A stretch of 64,000 nucleotides of DNA. Source: Candidatus Spongiisociaceae bacterium (GTDB lineage: Bacteria > Actinomycetota > Acidimicrobiia > Spongiisociales > Spongiisociaceae). The first letter of the stretch is position 1. Every line of letters begins with the position of its first letter. Shown one piece after another: positions 1 through 10,254 of the stretch. The notes below the pieces were generated by a model. It was given only the letters and a program-made list of their open reading frames with translations, was not told the origin of the DNA and made no database searches. The stretch covers positions 3,488,001 to 3,552,000 of the forward strand of contig OZ253564.1 of NCBI GenBank assembly GCA_965262915.1, in the 5' to 3' direction. A program made the position numbers and the translations under genes.

Positions 1-768
1 GCCACGGCCGGGTTCCGCTTTCCGGACTTCCTCGCGGCCGCCGGGGCCGTGCGAGCGATAGCGCAGGCAGGCTTGTTCCCCGCCAACGTCCGGATCGTCG
101 ACGGGGTGGAACTGGCGGTGAACGGGGCCGGGGACGGTTCGTTCACGCTCATGGTGGTCTCCTTCGAGTCGGCCGACCGTCCTGTCGACGCCTGGATGGA
201 CCTCGCCGAGCAATGCGCCCTCGACCACGGAGGGGTGCCCGATGTCGACTGGCACACCAGCCCCGACAGCCACCTGCGGGGAGCGGTCGGCGCCTGGCGC
301 GACGCCTTCATCAGGATGCCCTACAACCGGGAGGTACTCACGCCGCTAGGCATCATCTCAGACACCTTCGAGTCGTCCATCACCTGGGACCGCTTCGAAG
401 CGTTCTACCACGTGGTCACGGACGCCACCCACCGTGCCATCCGCGAGGCGACCGGTCAGAGCGGCGCCGTGTCATGCCGGTTCAGCCACGCCTATCCGGA
501 CGGTCCGGCCCCGTACTTCGCTTTCCACTGCGCCGCACGGCCGGGCTCCATGCTGGAGCAGTGGTGGGAGATAAAACGTGCCGTCTCCGACGCAGTGATC
601 GACAACGGAGGCACCATCACCCACCATCACGCCATCGGCCGCGATCACCAGCCGTGGTACGAGAAGCAGCGCCCCCAACTGTTCGGCGAGGTTCTCGCGA
701 GGGCCAAGGCCCACCTCGATCCGAAGGGAGTCCTCAACCCCGGCGTGCTCATGTCTCCGGATAGATAG
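1..768 (+). CDS. FAD-linked oxidase, C-terminal part (alkyl-DHAP synthase-like); 5' end lies outside the window
   Basis: FSHAYPDGPAPYF, GGTITHHHAIGRDH and LDPKGVLNPG motifs. Confidence 0.85.
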   Translation, partial: ATAGFRFPDFLAAAGAVRAIAQAGLFPANVRIVDGVELAVNGAGDGSFTLMVVSFESADRPVDAWMDLAEQCALDHGGVPDVDWHTSPDSHLRGAVGAWRDAFIRMPYNREVLTPLGIISDTFESSITWDRFEAFYHVVTDATHRAIREATGQSGAVSCRFSHAYPDGPAPYFAFHCAARPGSMLEQWWEIKRAVSDAVIDNGGTITHHHAIGRDHQPWYEKQRPQLFGEVLARAKAHLDPKGVLNPGVLMSPDR

Positions 769-813
769 ACCCCATCGTTGGCATAGGCTGTCAGGACCGG
801 CGAAAGGGAGCAC

Positions 814-1926
814 GTGGCTCTTCAGATCGCGCCACCGGGTCTGAAAGGACTCGCTGTAGCGGATACCCACCTCGGTTCCGTGAGAGGTGAGGAGGGTTTC
901 TTCCATTACCGGCAGTACGACGCGGCCGAGTTGGCGCGCCACCGCAGCCTCGAGGACGTGTGGACTCTGCAGATCGACGGCGCATTGCCCCCGGCGATGA
1001 CCGCTATCGACCCCGGCCCGCGGCGGCTCCTGCCGGGCGACGCGGCGTACGTCGTCGACACGGCAGCTGCTCACCTCGACGATCCGATGGCGGTGCTGAG
1101 GGTAGGTCTGCTGACAGTGGCGTCGATCGAAGACCGAGGGCCCCTGCTCGACCGCACTGCCGGAGAGCGACGCGACGATGCGATTCGCCTGTCCGCAGTC
1201 GTCCCCACCGTGCTGGCTCGTCACCACCGTCGCCGAGCCGGACTGAACCCCGTCGATCCGGATCCCGATCTCTCACACACGGCCGACTACCTGCGCATGG
1301 CAACCGGTGGGCAGGCCGACCCGGTCGCGGTGCGCGCCGTCCAGAGATACCTCGTAGCGACGCTCGACCACGGGTTCAACGCATCAACCTTCACCAGCCG
1401 GGTCGTGGCCAGTACCGGGGCCGATATGGCGGGATCCCTTGTGGCGGGGGTGGGAGCGCTCAGCGGACCGCTCCATGGAGGCGCTCCGAGCCGGGCGATG
1501 GAGATGATCGAGGAAATCGGCTCACCTGAGCGGGCCGCGTCCTGGGTGGAGGACCGCCTTGCCAGGGGACACAAGATCATGGGGTTCGGGCATGCCGTCT
1601 ATCGAGCCGAGGACCCGCGCGGCGCCGTGCTACGAGAGGCGGCCTCGATGCTGGGTGGAGACCTGGTGGATCAGGCGGCCGCGATCGAAAAGGAGATCCT
1701 CGGGGTGCTACGGCGATGGCGGCCCTACCACCGTATCGTCACCAACGTCGAGTACTGGGCCTCCGTCGTGCTCGAACTCGCCGGGCTGCCAAAGGCCATG
1801 TTCACACCGACGTTCGCGGTCAGCCGGTCGATAGGCTGGGCCGCCCACGTACTGGAGCAGGCCGACGGAGGCAAGATACTCCGTCCCAGCGCCCGCTACA
1901 TAGGTCCCGAACCGCTCCGATCCTGA
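814..1926 (+). CDS. Citrate synthase / methylcitrate synthase family protein
   Basis: DHGFNASTF, LSGPLHGGA, IMGFGHAVY-DPR and NVE(Y) motifs. Confidence 0.92.
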   Translation: MALQIAPPGLKGLAVADTHLGSVRGEEGFFHYRQYDAAELARHRSLEDVWTLQIDGALPPAMTAIDPGPRRLLPGDAAYVVDTAAAHLDDPMAVLRVGLLTVASIEDRGPLLDRTAGERRDDAIRLSAVVPTVLARHHRRRAGLNPVDPDPDLSHTADYLRMATGGQADPVAVRAVQRYLVATLDHGFNASTFTSRVVASTGADMAGSLVAGVGALSGPLHGGAPSRAMEMIEEIGSPERAASWVEDRLARGHKIMGFGHAVYRAEDPRGAVLREAASMLGGDLVDQAAAIEKEILGVLRRWRPYHRIVTNVEYWASVVLELAGLPKAMFTPTFAVSRSIGWAAHVLEQADGGKILRPSARYIGPEPLRS

Positions 1927-1938
1927 TCCCGGCTCGTG

Positions 1939-3438
1939 TCACAGGCCCCGGCGATGCAGGTCACCTGTCCGCCTACCCCCACCGGACGGTGGAAGACCGG
2001 CGATGATCCGCACGGCCCGCTCCTCGGAGTCTTGGGAGAAACCGATCCTCACGCTGCTGAACCCGGGACCGCGTGTGGCGTCCAGCGCCAACCTGGAAGT
2101 GGTGCCCTCGACGGACGACGAGGGATCGAGGGGGCTTCCGGGCAGACCGTCCACCACGAAGAGATCCTCGGAGGGCTGGAAGTGGGTGGCCAGCGCCCAG
2201 AGCACCTCGGAGTCGTTGGTGACATCGATGTCGTCGTCTACCGCGATAACCGTCTTGAGGTACGGGTCCCATCCGAGGAGACCGAGCATTACCTGGCGGG
2301 CCTGGCCCACCCGGCGCGGCCGCAGCTTGACGTAGCAGTGAAAGTGGCTGCCCGAGTTCGGGTAGTGCAGGGCGGTAACGTCGGGGAACCGGTCCTTCAG
2401 CTTCTCGGCCATCTCCGACTCCCTCGGGATGCGGCCCAGGTTGAGGTGCTCCGCCGAGTTGCCACCGACTATGTCCAGAAGGAGGGGGTCGCGACGGATC
2501 GAAATAGCTTCCACCCGGAAGAGGCTGTTGGTGGAACGGTCGGAGGAGTACCCGGTGAACTCCCCGAACGGGCCCTCCTCGACACGGGTCTCTGGTTCGA
2601 TCACGCCCTCGAAGAGGAAATCGGAGGTGGCGGGAACCCGGATCCCGTACTTTGGTGATCGCACCACCTCCAGCGGCGCCCCGAACAGGCCTCCCGCCAC
2701 GTTACGCTCGTCGACGGTCATCGGCACCCGGGCGGAAGCAGCCAGCATGAACAAGGGATGCCCTCCGAGCACCATCGCCACCTGGAGCGGCTCCCCCCGC
2801 TCGGCGGCGGCCTTGAGCATCCGCCATAGGTCTCCGCGTGAGTGGAGGCTGGTGGCGAACTCGGTGGGCGAGTGGACCATGGCCCGGTGGTAGCTGAGAT
2901 TGCCGATCCCGTCCCGGTCCTCGGCGACGATGATCCCGCTGGTTATGTACGGCGCCCGATCGGTTTCGAAGTGGGTCAGCATCGGGAAGTCCCGCAGATC
3001 GATCCCCCCGACTCCGGTCACTTCATCCAGTACCGGCCCCCAGCCGACATCGACCGGCTCGACCAGGTTCCTGGTCCGGGCCTGGAACACGTCATGGAGG
3101 CTCTCCGGTTCGGTCCCGAGCATCCGGGAGATGCGCCGGCGGCAGGCGAACACGTTGGTGACGACCTCGAAGGGGATACCGCGGAGGTCCCCGAAGCGCA
3201 GCATCTCGTGGCGGTTGCCGTCCGCCAGGCGCCACACCACGCTTGCGACATCCCGGGAGTCGGGGACGGGTCCGGGAAAATTCAGGACATCGTCCGGGTA
3301 GGCCTCCTCGTAGGCCGAGACGAAGTCATGCAGATCCTGGCTTGCGGCGAGCCCGGCTGCGGTCACTTCCCGACCCCCATGGCACTCGATCTCCTCCACA
3401 CCGGACCGACGGTCAATCGATCGGGCGCCCGTAGCCAC
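1939..3438 (-). CDS. UbiD-family (prFMN-dependent) decarboxylase
   Basis: EGPFGEFTGY, VDDDID, LWALATH and GSPLDPS motifs; start uncertain. Confidence 0.9.
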   Translation of the reverse strand: MATGARSIDRRSGVEEIECHGGREVTAAGLAASQDLHDFVSAYEEAYPDDVLNFPGPVPDSRDVASVVWRLADGNRHEMLRFGDLRGIPFEVVTNVFACRRRISRMLGTEPESLHDVFQARTRNLVEPVDVGWGPVLDEVTGVGGIDLRDFPMLTHFETDRAPYITSGIIVAEDRDGIGNLSYHRAMVHSPTEFATSLHSRGDLWRMLKAAAERGEPLQVAMVLGGHPLFMLAASARVPMTVDERNVAGGLFGAPLEVVRSPKYGIRVPATSDFLFEGVIEPETRVEEGPFGEFTGYSSDRSTNSLFRVEAISIRRDPLLLDIVGGNSAEHLNLGRIPRESEMAEKLKDRFPDVTALHYPNSGSHFHCYVKLRPRRVGQARQVMLGLLGWDPYLKTVIAVDDDIDVTNDSEVLWALATHFQPSEDLFVVDGLPGSPLDPSSSVEGTTSRLALDATRGPGFSSVRIGFSQDSEERAVRIIAGLPPSGGGRRTGDLHRRGL

Positions 3439-4333
3439 CCTCCGCGAGCTGGGCCTTGGCGGCGTCCACCGACTCGGGTGGCGCGGTGGGCTGGATACCG
3501 ACCAACCGGGCGATGTTGTTGCCCATATAGTCCTCCAGTCGGTCCTCGCCTATACCCAACCCCTGCGGTGGCTCGTGGCAGAGCACCTCGAGGTGGGTGA
3601 GCCACATGCCGGGGTCGTTGGGGGGCGAGTCGGTCCCGAACACGAGGCGGTCCCTGGGCATCTCCTTGGCGAACTCGACGATGCGCGACTGCAGCAACCA
3701 GCCCGACTCGCCGTACACGTTGGGCGAGTCCATGATCATCCAGAAGGCCTCGAAGCAGTACACGCCGCCGGTCTGGACCCCGAAGTGACCGATGATGAAG
3801 TCGACGTTGGGAAACTCGCGGATGATCGGATAGAACTGGGTGGGGATCGAGTAGGGACCGTCACCGGTGTGGAGCAGCACGATCACACCGAGCTCGTCGC
3901 ACTTCTGCAGTGCCGGCCGGAGCCAGTCGAGGGCCCGGTCGGGACGGTACGCGTGCATGTTGGAGTGCAGCTTCATCATCTTGAAGCCGTACTCCTTGAC
4001 GTGGAACTCCAGTTCGGCAGCGCCGTTCTCCGGGCCGAAACGGGGGTTGTAGTTGAAGTTGCCGATGAAGCGGTCCGGGTACTTTTGGGTGAGTTCCGCT
4101 ATGTAGGCCATGTAGTCCCGGATCCCCTCACGACCGCCCCGGCTGCCTTGCTGCCACACGGTGTTGCCCGGGGGAGGCTGGATGAAGCCCATATCGATCC
4201 GGCGCGGTTTGCCGTTGATCCAGTACGGGCCGTCCATCAACTTCAGCATCCGCTCCCCCGTGAAAGGCTCGCCGGTGTGACGCCAGGCCTTGTCGACGAC
4301 GTTGGTGGGGTGCAGGTGGGTATCGATGATCAT
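3413..4333 (-). CDS. Amidohydrolase_2 family metal-dependent hydrolase
   Basis: IIDTHLH, LHTG, GHFG and LVFGTDSP motifs; GGAG RBS upstream. Confidence 0.85.
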   Translation of the reverse strand: MIIDTHLHPTNVVDKAWRHTGEPFTGERMLKLMDGPYWINGKPRRIDMGFIQPPPGNTVWQQGSRGGREGIRDYMAYIAELTQKYPDRFIGNFNYNPRFGPENGAAELEFHVKEYGFKMMKLHSNMHAYRPDRALDWLRPALQKCDELGVIVLLHTGDGPYSIPTQFYPIIREFPNVDFIIGHFGVQTGGVYCFEAFWMIMDSPNVYGESGWLLQSRIVEFAKEMPRDRLVFGTDSPPNDPGMWLTHLEVLCHEPPQGLGIGEDRLEDYMGNNIARLVGIQPTAPPESVDAAKAQLAEGGYGRPID

Positions 4334-4504
4334 TTGAAGGTCGCTCCTGGGTAGTCACTGCCTCGCTAGCGGGTCGGATCCCGATTCAGGATCCCGTCCG
4401 CTTCGGACTTCGTGTCCACGGCCTGTAGACCGTACAGCGTAATGGGCGAGCGGATCGGAGTCCGACCGTTACCTGCTACGGCAGTAGCCGCCCGGGTCTA
4501 GCGC

Positions 4505-5740
4505 CTACGGTGCCTTTCTGGCACCTGTGTCGCCAATCAGGTAGCGCAGAGCGGCCAGCGCATAGATCTTGGCAGCCTGGTTGACACCTTCGACGGCCAG
4601 CCGCTCGTTAGGGGCGTGTGCCCTGGGAAGATAACCGGGCCCGAAAGCGGCCACGGTAGGGATGCCGGCTATTCCCTGGAAGCTGAGAGCATCGGTCGCA
4701 CCAGGGAAGACACCCGGCTCCACGCGCCTTCTGAGGACTAGTCGGGAAGCATATTGCAAGGCGGTCACCAGCGGATGATCGGTGGGAATCTGGATGGCCT
4801 CGCAGAACCCCACCATCTTCAGCACCGCCGACAACCGCGGGTTGTCGGCCATGGACCGGTCCAGAAACTGGCGGAGATCGGCCGCTACGCTTTGCTCGCT
4901 CATCCCGGGCACGAGGCGTATGTCGGAAGAGAAACGGGCATTACCGGGATAGACGCCGTAGAAGACCCCCGCTTCCGCCATCACCCCCACGTTCACGGTC
5001 GGTCCGGAACCGTCCAGTGGATAAGGGGCATAGGTCAGTTCGTCGTGGAACTCGGATGCCATTCTCTGGATCAGCCAGGCCATTTCGACGGTGGCGTTGA
5101 CAGGATCGAAGCGATCGGAGACGCTGGAGTGCATCTGGGTTCCTACGACTTCGATGTCGACCAGCGCGGACCCGCGCGAGACCACCCCGATATTCTCCCA
5201 CTCGGACATCACCCCACACGGCTCGCCGATGATGGCTGCGTCCGCCACGAGATGTCCCTCCTGGGCCAACCACTTGGACCCGAGCGTCGAGCCTCCTTCC
5301 TCGTCGGCGGTCAGGACCAACTGGAGTTCGCCTGACCACCCTCCCGCCCGAGCCAGCGCCACCGGGGCGTACACCATTGCTGCAACCGCCGCCTTCATGT
5401 CACCCGAGCCGAGACCTCGCAGCTCACCGCCCGAGACAACGGGATCCCATGGGTCGGTTTCCCACCGGGACAGGTCACCGGCCGGCTTGGTGTCGGTGTG
5501 CCCCGAGAGGATGAGCGTCGGTCCCGGCCCCTCGCCTGGAATCCGCACTACCAGGTTGGGCCTCGAAGGACGTGCCTCCAGAAGGCTCACATCGGTGATC
5601 CCGAACACTCGCAGCAATTCGCACACCAGCCCGGCCACGGCCCTCTCGTCCCCAGGCGGATTGGGACTGGGCGTAGCCACCAGTCGGCGGGCGAAGGCAA
5701 GCTGGTCCTCGGCTGTGCTATCCAGGAAGGAGAGCACCTC
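4505..5740 (-). CDS. M20/ArgE-DapE family metallopeptidase or deacylase
   Basis: SGHTD, GLGSGDMK, DEEGG, GEP, GATD and AHAPNE motifs; true start is near 5740-5780, not the ORF-track 6052. Confidence 0.85.
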   Translation of the reverse strand, partial: EVLSFLDSTAEDQLAFARRLVATPSPNPPGDERAVAGLVCELLRVFGITDVSLLEARPSRPNLVVRIPGEGPGPTLILSGHTDTKPAGDLSRWETDPWDPVVSGGELRGLGSGDMKAAVAAMVYAPVALARAGGWSGELQLVLTADEEGGSTLGSKWLAQEGHLVADAAIIGEPCGVMSEWENIGVVSRGSALVDIEVVGTQMHSSVSDRFDPVNATVEMAWLIQRMASEFHDELTYAPYPLDGSGPTVNVGVMAEAGVFYGVYPGNARFSSDIRLVPGMSEQSVAADLRQFLDRSMADNPRLSAVLKMVGFCEAIQIPTDHPLVTALQYASRLVLRRRVEPGVFPGATDALSFQGIAGIPTVAAFGPGYLPRAHAPNERLAVEGVNQAAKIYALAALRYLIGDTGARKAP

Positions 5741-5781
5741 GATATGGGGTGGGCCCGGTACGGACAGTTCGGATCGGTTTC

Positions 5782-7254
5782 CTACATCGAGTCGAGCGGG
5801 TAGAGAGGGCGGGGAGCGTGCAGAAACCGGAGATCCTCCAGTCGGGGTGAACTCGCCCCGGGAAGGTCGAGGGTCACCGCCTCCGGCGCCGCTGAGGGGA
5901 AGTTGGCCCGGTAGTCGCTGCATGAGCGCACCACCAGCACATCCGCCTGATGGGGGTCGAGCCCGGCGTGATGCCAGGTCGCCGGGTCGGCGGTGATGGC
6001 AGGCTTGGACGTTATCAGCAGATGGTGAGAACCGGACTCCAGTACCGCCCACTCCCCCATCGACACCTCCCTGCGCGTGAAGGACCGCCCCGCCAACCGG
6101 TAGCTACCCGCTCCGGATCTGTGGACTATCCCATCCACCAAGATCGAAGACGCGGCCGGGTTGAAACCCCCTCCCACCTGGACTCGCACCCTCTTGCCCA
6201 CTTCCGGCACGCACCGCCTGACAGCGGACGGGTCGAGGACGGTATGCATTACCACCATACCGGCACCGTGGATTGCGGCTTCGGAGACCATTGCCGGATC
6301 GTCTCCTGTCGCCCCGGCCGTCGGACAATCCGCAGTGTGTGCCATCAGGAAGGGCTTGATCGTAGATTTCCTCGCCGCCCGAAAGGCCATCGCGGGTTTC
6401 ATCAGCCGAGGCGTGGTCATCTGTTCCTTTCTCTGCCATACCTCGTCGGCCAGTTCCTCAGCGAGATCGCGAGCTCCAGAGGGGTCGGCTTCGGTCGTCA
6501 CCACCACCCCCAGACCGAGTTCCGGAACGTCGAGCCAAGGCTGGACCGGAAACAGCGAGACATCGAAAACATGACGGTCGGACCGCGCATCGGCAAGCCG
6601 GCGTATCTCCGACATCGGGCCGATGTCGGTGCGCATCGCTTCAGCCGGGATCAGCAGAGGTCGCTTGGCAAGGCCCAACGTGGGAGAGATCTCACCGTAC
6701 GCGATCGCGGTGACCAGCCGCGCGATCCGCTTGCCGGTGGACGCCATATCGGTGTGCGGCTCGGTGCGGTATCCGACTACCGCATCGGACAACTCGACCA
6801 TTCGCGTGGTCACGTTGGCATGGAGGTCCAGGCACACACCCAGGGGAACCGCACCGATGCGACGCCTGGCGATCTCGATCAATGCCGAATCAGCATCGAA
6901 TATGGACTCTGTCGCCATCGCCCCGTGGAGCGATAGCACCAACCCCTCCAAGTGACCCGCCTCTTCCAGGCGGTCGTCCAGCAGGCCTGACAGCCGGGCG
7001 AAGGTCTCGTCGGTCACCTTCCCCGATGGCAAGGACCAGGCCGCCAGCAAGGGAACAGGCTCCGCTCCCATCCGTCGTAGAGCGGAGAAAGCCCCTGCAA
7101 ACTCGGTATTAGTTCGCCTCAAGGCTTTGGCGGCATTCTCGCCCAGCAGGACGGTGTAGTCCTCCCACACGGTCGGACGGGAGCTGAAGGTGTTGGTCTC
7201 CTGAACTACAGAAGCCACCCCGACCCGGGGTCGTGCCAGTTGCCAAGGATCCAT
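5782..7254 (-). CDS. M81 (MlrC-like) metallopeptidase
   Basis: QETNTFS, LSLHGAM, LDLHAN and YRTEPH motifs. Confidence 0.88.
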   Translation of the reverse strand: MDPWQLARPRVGVASVVQETNTFSSRPTVWEDYTVLLGENAAKALRRTNTEFAGAFSALRRMGAEPVPLLAAWSLPSGKVTDETFARLSGLLDDRLEEAGHLEGLVLSLHGAMATESIFDADSALIEIARRRIGAVPLGVCLDLHANVTTRMVELSDAVVGYRTEPHTDMASTGKRIARLVTAIAYGEISPTLGLAKRPLLIPAEAMRTDIGPMSEIRRLADARSDRHVFDVSLFPVQPWLDVPELGLGVVVTTEADPSGARDLAEELADEVWQRKEQMTTPRLMKPAMAFRAARKSTIKPFLMAHTADCPTAGATGDDPAMVSEAAIHGAGMVVMHTVLDPSAVRRCVPEVGKRVRVQVGGGFNPAASSILVDGIVHRSGAGSYRLAGRSFTRREVSMGEWAVLESGSHHLLITSKPAITADPATWHHAGLDPHQADVLVVRSCSDYRANFPSAAPEAVTLDLPGASSPRLEDLRFLHAPRPLYPLDSM

Positions 7255-8265
7255 TCAGGGAGCCGGAGTGAGGCCCACCGGCTGGTTCAGTCGGGCGGAG
7301 CGTTTGGCGGCGTCCACGATCGCGTGGGCAATCCGGGCTTTGGCGAGGGTCATCTCCGGTGGGGTGCTGTCACGCACCGAGCGGATGAAATGGTCGAGTG
7401 AGGCGGCGAGGTCCCCGCTGACCCGCCCTCGCGTCACGGGCCAATGGGCCAGGTCGGGCAGGGTCAGCCGGTCTGTGTCGACCACTGCCAGCCCGTGGTT
7501 GGCCCCGTCGATGAACACCCCGCCCTCGGTACCCACCACCTGCAGGGAGGCGTCGAGGGGCCCCGGGATCGAGGGGGGAAGTACCCAACTCGTCTCGAGG
7601 GAACCGATGATGCCGTTCTCGAACCGGACCAGCACCATGGCGGCGTCGTCGTGGCCGTAGGCAGCCGATCGACGGGAGATGGTCTCGGCATACACCCTGG
7701 TCACCGGTGAGTCAGCCAACCATGCCATGGCGTCGAGGTCGTGGATCCCTGCACCGATCAGCAGATCCGTCCACCTCCCGTAGGTGTCGGCGGTCGCGGA
7801 CGACGCCCGTCGGCGGGTGAATATCGTGTGAACCTCTCCCAAGCGACCGGAGGATACCGCGTTCCTCGCCTCCGTATAGCGAGGATCGAAGCGAAGGATG
7901 AAGTTCACCATAGCGAGCACTCCGGTGCTCTCGAGGGCGGTTACCAGCCGGTCGGTCCCCGCCAGGGTGGGAGCGAGCGGCTTCTCCAGCAGCAGGTGCT
8001 TTCCGGCTAGTGCCAGGGGAACAGCCACCTGGTAGCGGTGGTGTTCGGGTACCGAGACCGAAGCAGCGGAGAAGTCGCAGCGGTCCAGGAGGTCGGACAC
8101 TTCGGTGAACCACGGAACCCGGAGCCGCTCGGCCACGGCCCGCGCTGTCACCGGGTTGGTGTCGACCACCCCGGACAGCGCCGCAAGTGGGTGTTCGCTG
8201 TAGATGCGGGCATGGAGAGAACCGATGGCGCCCACTCCCACCACCGCGGTTCTGAGAGGTGTCAT
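7255..8265 (-). CDS. Gfo/Idh/MocA oxidoreductase
   Basis: VVGVGAIG, LEKP and GIHDLD motifs. Confidence 0.9.
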   Translation of the reverse strand: MTPLRTAVVGVGAIGSLHARIYSEHPLAALSGVVDTNPVTARAVAERLRVPWFTEVSDLLDRCDFSAASVSVPEHHRYQVAVPLALAGKHLLLEKPLAPTLAGTDRLVTALESTGVLAMVNFILRFDPRYTEARNAVSSGRLGEVHTIFTRRRASSATADTYGRWTDLLIGAGIHDLDAMAWLADSPVTRVYAETISRRSAAYGHDDAAMVLVRFENGIIGSLETSWVLPPSIPGPLDASLQVVGTEGGVFIDGANHGLAVVDTDRLTLPDLAHWPVTRGRVSGDLAASLDHFIRSVRDSTPPEMTLAKARIAHAIVDAAKRSARLNQPVGLTPAP

Positions 8266-8615
8266 CCCGACTTCCCGAGTTCGTCGGAGCGTCGGATCAG
8301 ATCGGGGGGACCGACCGGAACCCGGTGCGGATCGAGTCCGGTTGCGTTCCGGAGGGCGTTGACGATGGCTGGTGTTGAAGGCAGCGTGGGCGGTTCCCCC
8401 ACGCCGTCGAGGCCGTAGGGGGAGTCAGGATGGGGGAACTCGAAGAGTCGTACGTTGATGGGCGGCACACCGTCGATTTGGAGGTCGGAGGTGTCCGCGA
8501 AGCGACCCGGCACCCCGACGGGCACATCGGGACGCGGGATCGAGGTACCGACGCCTCTCGCGTGCTCCGTTCCCTCTCGCACCTCGATGCCCGATTGAGG
8601 GCGCGGTCCCCTCAT
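8262..8615 (-). pseudogene. Internally deleted xanthine-dehydrogenase-family Mo subunit (N-terminus joined to C-terminus)
   Basis: N-terminal-like GVGTSIPRPD..GRFA..SDL runs directly into C-terminal PYGLDGVGEPPTLPSTPAIVNALRNATG in about 117 aa. Confidence 0.72.
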
Positions 8616-9604
8616 GTGAGGCACCCTTCCAGGTCGGACCGCAGGATCCGGCCATCGAGGTCCCGCCCGATGATCACCAACCGGCTGCTACGACGGCCCG
8701 ACCACCCACCGCCCGGGTACAACTCGAACAGACCATGCACTCCCTGAAGGATGGTCCGTTCTGGCCGACCGGCAATGTCCAAGATGCCCTTGATCCGGTA
8801 GATGTCGGCAGATCTCGTCTCCGTGAGTTCGTCCAGCCAGGCCGTCAGCCTCGATTCGTCCAACTCGCCGGTGATCTCGATGCTGGTGGCCTCCACTCCG
8901 GGATCTGCCGGGTGGGTGTACGTGTCATCGAAGAAGCCCTCGGCGGCCGATCCGGTAGACGGGTTGAACGCGTCGATACCGAGTATTTCGCCGGGATCCA
9001 CCCTGGAATAGGACGATCGGATGACCGGAGCAGTGTTGTTGAACCCCCGTATCCGGTTCTCGGTGGCCGCCAACGCGTCCTCGCTCACCAGATCGATCTT
9101 GTTCAGCACGATCCGGTCGGCACAGAGGATCTGGTCCACCACCCGGCTGTCGGGGCGGTCGGGTCCGAACTCGTCGAGGTGGCGGTCGACGTGCTTGGCG
9201 TCGACCATGGTCACTATGCCGTCGACCCGGATGTTGTTCACGAGTACGTCGACGAACAGCGCCTGAGTAACCGGAACCGGGTCGGCCAGACCGCTGGTCT
9301 CGATGACCACGTAGTCGGGAGGCTCGGGACGTGCCAGCAGTTCCTGGATGGTGGTGGTGAGGTCGTTGCGAACCGACAGCGTGCAGCAGACACACCCGTT
9401 GGCCATCTCGACCACCTCTTCGTCGGAGGAGACTATGAGATCGCCATCTATACCGATCTCCCCGAATTCGTTGACTATCACGGCGATACGCCGACCGTGG
9501 TCCGTGGAGAGAATGTGGTTCACGAGGGTCGTCTTTCCGGCACCCAGGAACCCGGTCAGCACGGTCACAGGCGGGATGGCACGGGCAAACTCCGTGACCT
9601 TCAT
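8612..9604 (-). CDS. CobW/COG0523 GTP-binding metallochaperone
   Basis: LTGFLGAGKTT, NEFGE, GCVCC, ETSGLADP, NKID and YRIKG motifs. Confidence 0.93.
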   Translation of the reverse strand: MKVTEFARAIPPVTVLTGFLGAGKTTLVNHILSTDHGRRIAVIVNEFGEIGIDGDLIVSSDEEVVEMANGCVCCTLSVRNDLTTTIQELLARPEPPDYVVIETSGLADPVPVTQALFVDVLVNNIRVDGIVTMVDAKHVDRHLDEFGPDRPDSRVVDQILCADRIVLNKIDLVSEDALAATENRIRGFNNTAPVIRSSYSRVDPGEILGIDAFNPSTGSAAEGFFDDTYTHPADPGVEATSIEITGELDESRLTAWLDELTETRSADIYRIKGILDIAGRPERTILQGVHGLFELYPGGGWSGRRSSRLVIIGRDLDGRILRSDLEGCLT

Positions 9605-10017
9605 CTGATCGCCAACTCCATGGCTGCCAGGCTGACCGAAGCCCCGGTAGCCAGTAGCGGAGGGTGCGCCTCTCCGGCCGGAGAGGCGGTTGCGAGGTTG
9701 CCGGCGATGGTTCCCCTGTTACGGATCTGGGGCGATCCGACCGTCCGGGAGGCAATCGCCAGGGCCGGCAACTCACGACTCAGGCGCTCGACAACATCCG
9801 TGAACGTGACGCCGGCCCCGAGTTCTACTCCACCATTTCTCCTGTGCCACCCTCTCGACTCGTCGAGGTGGGAGAGATCGAGCAGAGCCGCCGGGCGCCG
9901 CCGGGCGAAGTTGATCTCGACCATGAGATCGGTACCGCCGTTTATCGGAACCGCCTCGGAGTTCTCCGTCTTCAGAGCGACAGCATCCTGCCAGGTGCGA
10001 GGTCGAAGGTAATCCAC
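9601..10017 (-). pseudogene. Truncated xanthine-dehydrogenase-family FAD subunit
   Basis: YLRPRT, GGTDL and QIRNRGTIAGNLATASPAG motifs, but only about 138 aa; GTG start at 10017 after GGAAG. Confidence 0.78.
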
Positions 10018-10052
10018 TCCCGGTCTTCTTCCGGCAGCCACCGATGCTAGCG

Positions 10053-10066
10053 GTCTGTCTGCAAAA
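10053..10066. promoter_or_regulatory. Candidate operator GTCTGTCTGCAAAA (copy 1)
   Basis: Same 14-mer recurs at 40440-40453 (1 mismatch) and inverted at 40583-40596; all three are intergenic. Confidence 0.5.
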
Positions 10067-10254
10067 TGATTCGGCGTGTCCTGGCAGCCATCGACGCACC
10101 GGCTGCCTCTCGCCTCCTCGACGTACACTACGGTACGCCTTCGTCGACTGGCCTCGCGAGGAACGCCGCCGTCTGCCGGGCGCCGGATACCGGAAAGGGC
10201 CTCGCAGGCCCCGGGCGTGATAGGTCCAAACGCGTCGCCCATGACAGGGAACAC

